In this document: one piece after another, positions 25,980-32,000 of the stretch
Position numbering within the stretch: position 1 is the stretch's first letter
Layout: each line of letters begins with the position of its first letter
NCBI GenBank assembly: GCA_025340205.1
Contig: CP006868.1
Coordinates: forward strand, 180,001-212,000
Reading direction: 5' to 3'
Length of the DNA stretch: 32,000 nt
From: Ignicoccus pacificus DSM 13166
Lineage (GTDB): Archaea > Thermoproteota > Thermoprotei_A > Sulfolobales > Ignicoccaceae
The notes under the pieces: generated by a model
The model's database searches: none
What the model was told of the DNA's origin: nothing
What the model saw: only the letters and a program-made list of their open reading frames with translations
Translations under genes and position numbers: made by a program

Positions 25980-26783
25980 ATGAGGAGGGATGTAATTTTA
26001 CTTCTATTGTTACCAGTTACACACGCATACCTACTCTCAATATCGCCAATCACGGCCACAATTTCGTGGACCATATACACTGTGGGGGCGGAGGGTACAT
26101 TTGCCTATGCTTACAAAGCTACTTGCTATCCGTACGGTCTAAAAGCTGACGTAGGTACCTCAGTTTTGGATATCGGATCAATTGCCTTCTTCGGTGACCG
26201 CTATTCACCGATACTTCAATTAACGGCAAGTGCTGACGTGAAAACCTTAAACAATGTAATGGAAAAAGTATGGTGCGATGATGCGACATTAAAAATCTAC
26301 TATGTTACCACCACGGTAACTATACTCAACTATACAGGTGTACTGGAGGCTATAGTCACTTCGTACGTTACAGCCACCTACTTGTTACCCAAATTAACCA
26401 CTACCCAAATAGGCGCAGGGGCATACATTCCTACAGTTGTGTACGTAACAACAACAGTTACGAAACCTATAATAAAGACAATAACCACTACATTAACGCA
26501 GTCCAATATAACTACTACACTTACCGGAACTGCCTTATATTCCAATACTACCTTTTCATACCTACTGCCGGCGGTGAGTGCGACTAAAATAATATTGAAG
26601 CAGATTCCAACCACAATAATCCTTTTGGACAACGTGGCTTTGCTGGGGATAAAGGTATTGGTCAGTAACCCTCTAACTACCACTAGTGTAGCCCTCACAA
26701 CAACGAGTACAACTACTGTTCCGGTTCCATTGCTGCTTAGTTTAGCCTACGTAGCCTTCTTGAGAAAGAGAAAGAGAGGTTAA
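25980..26783 (+). CDS. secreted two-Cys-domain protein with Thr-rich stalk and VPVP-TM-RKRKRG anchor (267 aa)
   Basis: Signal 'MRRDVILLLLLPVTHA'. 'SPITATISWTIYTV...ATCYPYG...KVWCDDA'. The C-terminus is 'TTVPVPLLLSLAYVAFLRKRKRG'. A 'GGGGGTGAT' Shine-Dalgarno-like element precedes the ATG, which lies 6 nt after the upstream stop, consistent with an operon. Confidence 0.8.
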   Translation: MRRDVILLLLLPVTHAYLLSISPITATISWTIYTVGAEGTFAYAYKATCYPYGLKADVGTSVLDIGSIAFFGDRYSPILQLTASADVKTLNNVMEKVWCDDATLKIYYVTTTVTILNYTGVLEAIVTSYVTATYLLPKLTTTQIGAGAYIPTVVYVTTTVTKPIIKTITTTLTQSNITTTLTGTALYSNTTFSYLLPAVSATKIILKQIPTTIILLDNVALLGIKVLVSNPLTTTSVALTTTSTTTVPVPLLLSLAYVAFLRKRKRG

Positions 26784-26858
26784 ACTTATTATCACTCTAT
26801 TAGCTTATCATTTCTCAATTTTATTAGCGGGAAAACTCCTTATCTCTTGAGGAGAGGG

Positions 26859-27695
26859 ATGGGTTTGAAGGGGACGTTACTCTTGTTAATTGCTCTCGCG
26901 TTTGGTGCTTATGCCAACATCATAGTTAGTATAGACCCTGTCACAACAACTGCTACTTGGAACTACTACACTGTCACGGTGGCAAATAACACGACTAGTA
27001 CGTTGGAAGTAGTAAGGACAGCAACATGTACTGCTATAGGCGCGCAGATGACGTTAATTGGTGAGAAGACGGCAGTAGTTAACATGGGAACTGTAAGAGC
27101 CGATGGTACAAGTTTGGTGCCAGAACCCCAATATTCCACGACCGTAACCTTGTCCTCGCTTAGTATGATCCAGAACTTCGTGCCTTATATATGGTGTGAT
27201 GATGTGACGGTGACCACATATCTACTCAATACTACCACTTCAACCATATCGACTACTGGTCTCTATACGACCAAAGTTCTAAGCACTACAGTTGAGACTT
27301 ACCTATACCCCAGTGTGACCTTAATTCAAGAAGGCCCCGATCTATACGTACCCTCAACTACCTTGGTGACGACATTAGTGACGCGAGCCATAACCTCTAC
27401 AATTAGTACTTGGATAAGCGCTACGACGACTACCATACAAACTCTCTCTTTCGCTCTCGCTTCAACAGTATATAGTATGGCACTGCTGGCGGTAAAACCA
27501 ACAAGCGCTATGATAACATCGCTTCCCACGAGTGTCGTAAACAACGACAACCTGGCTACCATGAACGTACCCGTATACCTCTCAAATACGCTACTTTCAT
27601 CTTCAGGGAACGGCGGTATACCAACCGTAGCTCTATTAACGCTTATAGTACCCTTCTTGAGGAGACTAAGGTCCAATAGAGAAGGGACAGAGTAA
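26859..27695 (+). CDS. secreted two-Cys-domain protein with Ser/Thr-rich stalk and C-terminal TM/basic anchor (278 aa from the ATG; the track ORF starts at a TTG at 26847)
   Basis: Signal 'MGLKGTLLLLIALAFGAYA'. 'DPVTTTATWNYYTV...ATCTAIG...NFVPYIWCDDV'. The C-terminus is 'GGIPTVALLTLIVPFLRRLRSNREGTE'. Confidence 0.78.
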   Translation: MGLKGTLLLLIALAFGAYANIIVSIDPVTTTATWNYYTVTVANNTTSTLEVVRTATCTAIGAQMTLIGEKTAVVNMGTVRADGTSLVPEPQYSTTVTLSSLSMIQNFVPYIWCDDVTVTTYLLNTTTSTISTTGLYTTKVLSTTVETYLYPSVTLIQEGPDLYVPSTTLVTTLVTRAITSTISTWISATTTTIQTLSFALASTVYSMALLAVKPTSAMITSLPTSVVNNDNLATMNVPVYLSNTLLSSSGNGGIPTVALLTLIVPFLRRLRSNREGTE

Positions 27696-27714
27696 GGTTC
27701 AGTAGTCCGTCAAG

Positions 27715-27720
27715 TTTTTT
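27715..27720 (+). terminator. oligo-T tract after the surface-protein operon
   Basis: 'caagTTTTTTac' lies 20 nt after the stop at 27695 and is followed by a very A+T-rich 500-bp gap. Confidence 0.35.
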
Positions 27721-28208
27721 ACACGTGACTTCAAAAACGAAAAACTTCTAGATGTACCTTCTTTCTTCGACTCAATCGTAATCTTAATAAACATTTAAAT
27801 AAACATCTTTCTATCGATTCTCAAATTCTATGCTCTAATTTTAGATTTAAAGGATTAGTTTATTGAATCATGGAGACATAGCAATTGTAGCCTCTATGTC
27901 ATTATATGGGGTTATTACATTCCTCGACTTCTCTCCCCTAAAGAGAATTAGTCGGATTAACCAGATATATAATGTAAACACATTCCGATAACATTCTAAA
28001 ACCAACATCGAAGAGTTAGTTGAAGGAAAGACTGTAGCATTTGACCTCTTAGATTACAATTACCTTAAAACGACACTATGACAATGCTCTATTTTCGCTT
28101 TTATAGAATAATCACCACGGCCCTACTTCTGACGTTTAAATGATTCCCATTCATTAAAATTTCTCTACTAATAATAATTTAAATGCAGAAGTAGCAATTA
28201 TCTTAGGT

Positions 28209-28862
28209 GTGAATTTGCGTTTCCAGATACTCTATTCCCCCACTTACTCCACCTTGGAAGTCGAGTTGGAACAAGGAGAAGAAGTAGAAGCGGAGCCTGG
28301 GGCAATGATGATGATAGAGGGAGATGTGGAAGTGAAACTGAAGAGCAGAGGCATATTGAGAAAGTTAGCGGCCAGAGAGTCAATTTTCACAGTAAAGTAT
28401 ATAGCCAAGGAAAAAAGTAAGGTATGGTTCGTATCACCATTTCCGGGCGATATAGCATATGTTCCTCTAGAGGGAAAAGGACTTATCATTTCCGATAAAT
28501 CCTATTTGGCTCATCACGGCGATCTAAAGCAAAAGGTCGTGTGGAGAGGATTGAAGGGCGTGTTTGGAGGAAGCGGTCTAATGTGGCTTAAGGTCGAAGG
28601 GAATGGAGGAGTTTGGTTAAGCTCCTATGGAGCAATTATGGAGAAAGAGGTGAAGGATGAGAAGTTAATAATAGATAACGTTCACTTGTTAGCAATGGAA
28701 GACACGTTGGACTATAAAGTTAGAAAATTTGGAGGTATTGGGACGGCCCTCTTTGGAGGCGAAGGATTAGTGTTAGAGGTAAGAGGTCATGGTAAGATAT
28801 ACCTACAGACGAGAAACCAAAGATCTCTACTTGAGTCGTTAGGCATACCGAAGGTTCGATAA
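28209..28862 (+). CDS. AIM24/DUF124 (TIGR00266-type) family protein
   Basis: 'STLEVELEQGEEVEAEPGAMMMIEGDVEVK...' and the later 'GGSGLMWLKVEGNGGVWLSSYGAI...L.GGEGLVLEVRGHGKIYLQTRN' match my memory of this family's repeated beta pattern. GTG start with 'aatttaaat' about 25-30 nt upstream. Confidence 0.7.
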   Translation: MNLRFQILYSPTYSTLEVELEQGEEVEAEPGAMMMIEGDVEVKLKSRGILRKLAARESIFTVKYIAKEKSKVWFVSPFPGDIAYVPLEGKGLIISDKSYLAHHGDLKQKVVWRGLKGVFGGSGLMWLKVEGNGGVWLSSYGAIMEKEVKDEKLIIDNVHLLAMEDTLDYKVRKFGGIGTALFGGEGLVLEVRGHGKIYLQTRNQRSLLESLGIPKVR

Positions 28863-29790
28863 GAGAAGAAGTCCTTGGAAAGAGGGTATATCTTTACTTA
28901 AATTGTAAAGGTTCTCTTTATTAGAAGGTCATAGTCAGCGACGGCAGTGCGAAGTTGAGGAGGCTAGTCCTTCTCTCATTGTTTATCCTTCCCTTGCTCT
29001 TCTCCTAAGGCCTCAACTACCAAGGATTGTTAATGATCTTCACTTATGGGCTACCCAAAGGATCAACGAGCTCGATGACATCTTGATGCGGTTCCTTAAC
29101 GCTCTCCCCAGAACCTCTCTAATTGAGACCACTTTCCTTACTGTTTCATGAAAAGGCAACGATGGTAGACATAATAAGCTACGGTTTTAGAATAAGATTG
29201 TTAATCTTAGACTTAGAAGATCTAGGAAAGTCTATATGCGAGAGCATACAAGAGGGCTTCAGTCGAGCCAAGGTGGAGGTACCAAGGAGCGCTTCAAATG
29301 CTGTTCCAAGTGAGGGGGATTATCGACAAAGGCTGGAACGCTTTCATCAATGATCTGAGGAACGCTGCCATTTGCGGGCCGAGTCCGAGCTACCAAATAA
29401 TATCTAATTCAAACTTCATAATACATAGAGTCGGCGAGAACTACGTTAGCTACCAATATGGACCAAACACCTACCAGAAGGCCATTGTAAGCTTACTCGA
29501 GCTTTTATCTCAACTAATGCCGAATGCTCGAGATCTGCTTCACCTTGTAAAAGTCAAATAGTTTTGAATATTGTTCTTTCTATAAGCAATCTACTTCATA
29601 TTGGTGGTTAAGATGGCAAGCAATATAGTTAAGAAGCTAGAGTGTTATCGGAAAATTACTCATGTTGGCTACTTACTCGTTGATATTCTCGGTGCTATCG
29701 ATAATAGCCATAGACTTTCCTTCACTAGTAATAGCAATAGAGATTTACATGAGTCCTTACATCTTTAATCCCTTCGTTCCATGATTTAAG

Positions 29791-30060
29791 ATGTTCGCAC
29801 AAATCGCCCTCTGGGCGTTGTTATCGTTTGTTCTCGCTTACATACTTGGAATAGAGATTAAACAGACGTGTCAGTCAGCAAAGGATCTTGATGTCGTGTA
29901 CTGGTGTTTTGGAGCACGGCTTTACAAAGGATACAACGAAGCGCGAGACCTCGGGAAGTCATGCAAAGAAAGACGTAGAAGAGTAGTATTGATTCATTAT
30001 TTGGGGAAGCCACAAGGTGCTGATCTTGATACCTTAAACGTGCTTTGGCTAACGATTTAG
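29791..30060 (+). CDS. possible small membrane protein (89 aa)
   Basis: ATG start and one N-terminal hydrophobic helix ('IALWALLSFVLAYILGI'). Nothing else supports it. Confidence 0.25.
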   Translation: MFAQIALWALLSFVLAYILGIEIKQTCQSAKDLDVVYWCFGARLYKGYNEARDLGKSCKERRRRVVLIHYLGKPQGADLDTLNVLWLTI

Positions 30061-30247
30061 TGATAAAAATTATGCAATTACCCTTCTGACATTTTCTCCT
30101 TTCTTTATCACCATCATGATTTCTTTGTTGTTCATTGTTTGTTCATTGTTCTTACTTCAAATAACTTCTACAATGAACCATTTCTCTATCCACAACTATA
30201 TTTCATTTACGCTCTTTACGTTAGCTAGGAGATGTGAAGGATTTTTG

Positions 30248-30893
30248 CTTTCTATTCACTATTGTAACTCTCCGTGACTATTACTATCCCTCAGAGTTCG
30301 AGGACTTCGTAAAGACTTTCTATTCACTCTTGTAACTCTCCCTCCTAATATTTGACAAAAGCTTGACACTGATCAGCGTTCAACTTTCTATTCACTATTG
30401 TAACTTCTCAAGTGGGGCAAGTACTCGGGCCTTCCGTTGGATAGAATTGCCTTTCTATTCACTATTGTAACTTCTCATTTCCTGAAAAGTGCATGTGCGA
30501 CATCCTAATGTACGCTTTCTATTCACTATTGTAACTTCTCTCACACCCGACAGCTTCGAGAGGTGGCAGTTAGCCGATAGGACTTTCTATTCACTATTGT
30601 AACTTCTCGAGGTGGAAGGGATGAAGGAAGGGAAGAGAATTGAAAAGTATGTAATAACTTTCTATTCACTATTGTAACTTCTCATCAACGATCCTAGGTT
30701 CATTGATTGTAAGATCCTCTCCTATCTTTCTATTCACTATTGTAACTTCTCTTTATCCTCGGCGATCGCTATCCCGGCCGAGGGAAGATAATACATCTTT
30801 CTATTCACTATTGTAACTCTTCTAATAGCCGGATTTCTCATTGGAGGAATAGTCGGTGCTCTGCTAGCTTTCTATTCACTATTGTGACTCTTC
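30248..30893. CRISPR. CRISPR array, 10 repeats and 9 spacers, with no cas gene in the window
   Basis: The 26-nt repeat CTTTCTATTCACTATTGTAACTTCTC starts at 30248, 30316, 30384, 30451, 30515, 30583, 30658, 30726, 30797 and 30868. Repeats 3-8 are identical. Repeats 1-2 end in ...AACTCTCC, and repeat 2 also has CACTCTTG. Repeats 9-10 end in ...ACTCTTC, and repeat 10 also has GTGAC. The spacers are unique and measure 42, 42, 41, 38, 42, 49, 42, 45 and 45 nt. The reverse complement ends in ...AATAGAAAG, which resembles the crenarchaeal 8-nt crRNA tag AUUGAAAG and so favours minus-strand transcription. Confidence 0.92.
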
Positions 30894-31360
30894 CCAGCCC
30901 CTCCTATTTAACTAGCCCTTCCTTTCACTAATAAGCCATTCCTTTCCCACTGCCTTGATTTGGTTACTTTATTAACTTTGAATACTTAAGCTTTCATGAG
31001 AACAGTTTTGCTCTACTTTAATCAATTAGAATTACCTAACTGAAACTAATGGTCAAACAAAAGAGTTCATTATCATCGGCGTTCCCATGTATGTGCTAAT
31101 GGAAAGAATTGCTTGGTCTTCAAATGAATTGAAGAATTCATATTCAAAGGCGAATAGTGCTCAAGGTAAAGGGAAGAAAGGAGACCATAAATGTTCTGAA
31201 GTGTGCTCATGGAGAAGTGTAAATAATAAGGAACGAGAGTAGTGATGGGGATTTATGGAAGTGATTGACTTGGAAGGAAATAGAGAAGAGACTTCAGATT
31301 CGATGCTAGAAAGCTAAAGGATTCGGAAAGTCGAGAAGAAACAAAATGGGAGCGCAAGGA

Positions 31361-31855
31361 TTACTTCAACTTGAGCTCGAACTCGCAGTAAGGATCTCCC
31401 TTAGCTAGACATTTGACTTCCTTCCCATCTACCTTCCTCCCCCAAGCCTCCTCCAACCATCCAGCGATGAAGCCAACTACGGGAGCATCTACCGGTTTCT
31501 TTCTCCTCTCTTCCGAAAGCTTGGCACCCAACAAGGTTCCCCAAGCCCTTATCACTATCTTCTTCTCATTTCTCTCAACTATTTCCATTCTATCAGCGTA
31601 TCCACTCTTCTCGATTGTGTATATCAAGGCTTCCAGAGCGTGCTCCGGCGTTATGAGGCCTCTTTCTATGACATTCTTTACCATACTCTTTCCCGCCTTC
31701 TTGGCGACGTTGTAAAGTAGACCTCCGGCGAACATCATGACTTTCTCGAAGCCCTTGTAGAGGTCCGCGATAACGTCCTTAGCTATGAGGATGCTTTCAT
31801 TCTCTATGGCTTCCTGGAGTTTTGAAAGTTCGTCCTCGCTAAGAGATGAGGTCAC
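31361..31855 (-). CDS. V4R (4-vinyl reductase-like) domain protein
   Basis: 164 aa. The C-terminal 'GFIAGWLEEAWGRKVDGKEVKCLAKGDPYCEFELK' is the typical V4R ending (C...GD..C.F). Confidence 0.7.
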   Translation of the reverse strand: MTSSLSEDELSKLQEAIENESILIAKDVIADLYKGFEKVMMFAGGLLYNVAKKAGKSMVKNVIERGLITPEHALEALIYTIEKSGYADRMEIVERNEKKIVIRAWGTLLGAKLSEERRKKPVDAPVVGFIAGWLEEAWGRKVDGKEVKCLAKGDPYCEFELKLK

Positions 31856-32000
31856 AAACTCACCGTGTCTCCTTCAAGGAGGATATCTAAATTTTCAATT
31901 CTTAAATGAAAAATAAAAGGAATACCAAGAAGACTATGTACTAATAGCTCAGAGGAACACCCTCACACGGTGAAGAGCCTTCCGTCAGCTTAAGGCCGTG

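Noticed and set aside
27800-27825. 'ctttctatcgattctc', which resembles the first 8-9 nt of the CRISPR repeat, 2.4 kb upstream of the array.
   Set aside because: Only about 9 nt match, in very A+T-rich DNA, with no second copy at spacer-like distance. It is probably chance.
27874-27900. Inverted repeat 'GACATAG...CTATGTC' in the 500-bp A+T-rich gap.
   Set aside because: It is a 7-bp stem with a 12-13 nt loop in A+T-rich sequence, which is not distinguishable from chance.
29123-29561. The overlapping ORFs 29123..29353 and 29298..29561 read as one frameshifted gene.
   Set aside because: Extending the second frame upstream gives no sensible continuation of the first protein before a stop at 29223. 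Neither half has a motif I recognise. I left them unannotated and discuss them only as part of the gene-poor region.

Overview
This is an archaeal chromosomal window with crenarchaeal, hyperthermophile-type features: leaderless-style TATA boxes, a stand-alone catalytic ThrRS, a DUF104/PIN pair and unstructured CRISPR repeats. All calls come from reading the sequence and the ORF track and recalling family motifs; no searches were run. It splits into two parts. (1) Positions 1-14.5 kb are G+C-rich housekeeping DNA. They hold a radical-SAM enzyme with Tes/GDGT-synthase-like architecture, deoxyhypusine synthase, and a truncated ribosomal-protein operon (S19-L22-S3-L29-[coiled-coil insert]-RNase P Rpp29). 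They also hold a four-subunit 2-oxoacid:ferredoxin oxidoreductase, a secreted beta-propeller protein and a small accessory islet next to tRNA-Ala(UGC) with its -26 TATA box. That islet contains an Mrr-like nuclease and a DUF104 antitoxin with a twice-frameshifted PIN toxin. A catalytic-only ThrRS follows. (2) Positions ~14.5-31.3 kb are visibly A+T-richer accessory DNA. Its core (14.5-27.7 kb) is the most interesting part. A polytopic membrane protein there carries exosortase/archaeosortase-like Cys/Arg/His motifs. It sits among five paralogous secreted proteins that all end in a [VI]P[VI]P-hydrophobic helix-Arg/Lys cluster, a tripartite sorting-signal shape. The cluster also contains a 1395-aa sequon-rich giant protein sharing their propeller module and two Cys-free paralogous membrane proteins. 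The genes are arranged as three consecutive divergent membrane-protein/secreted-protein pairs. I read this as a candidate uncharacterised archaeosortase-substrate surface-protein system. Downstream lie an AIM24/DUF124 protein, a gene-poor stretch, a 10-repeat CRISPR array with no cas genes in the window, and a V4R-domain protein.
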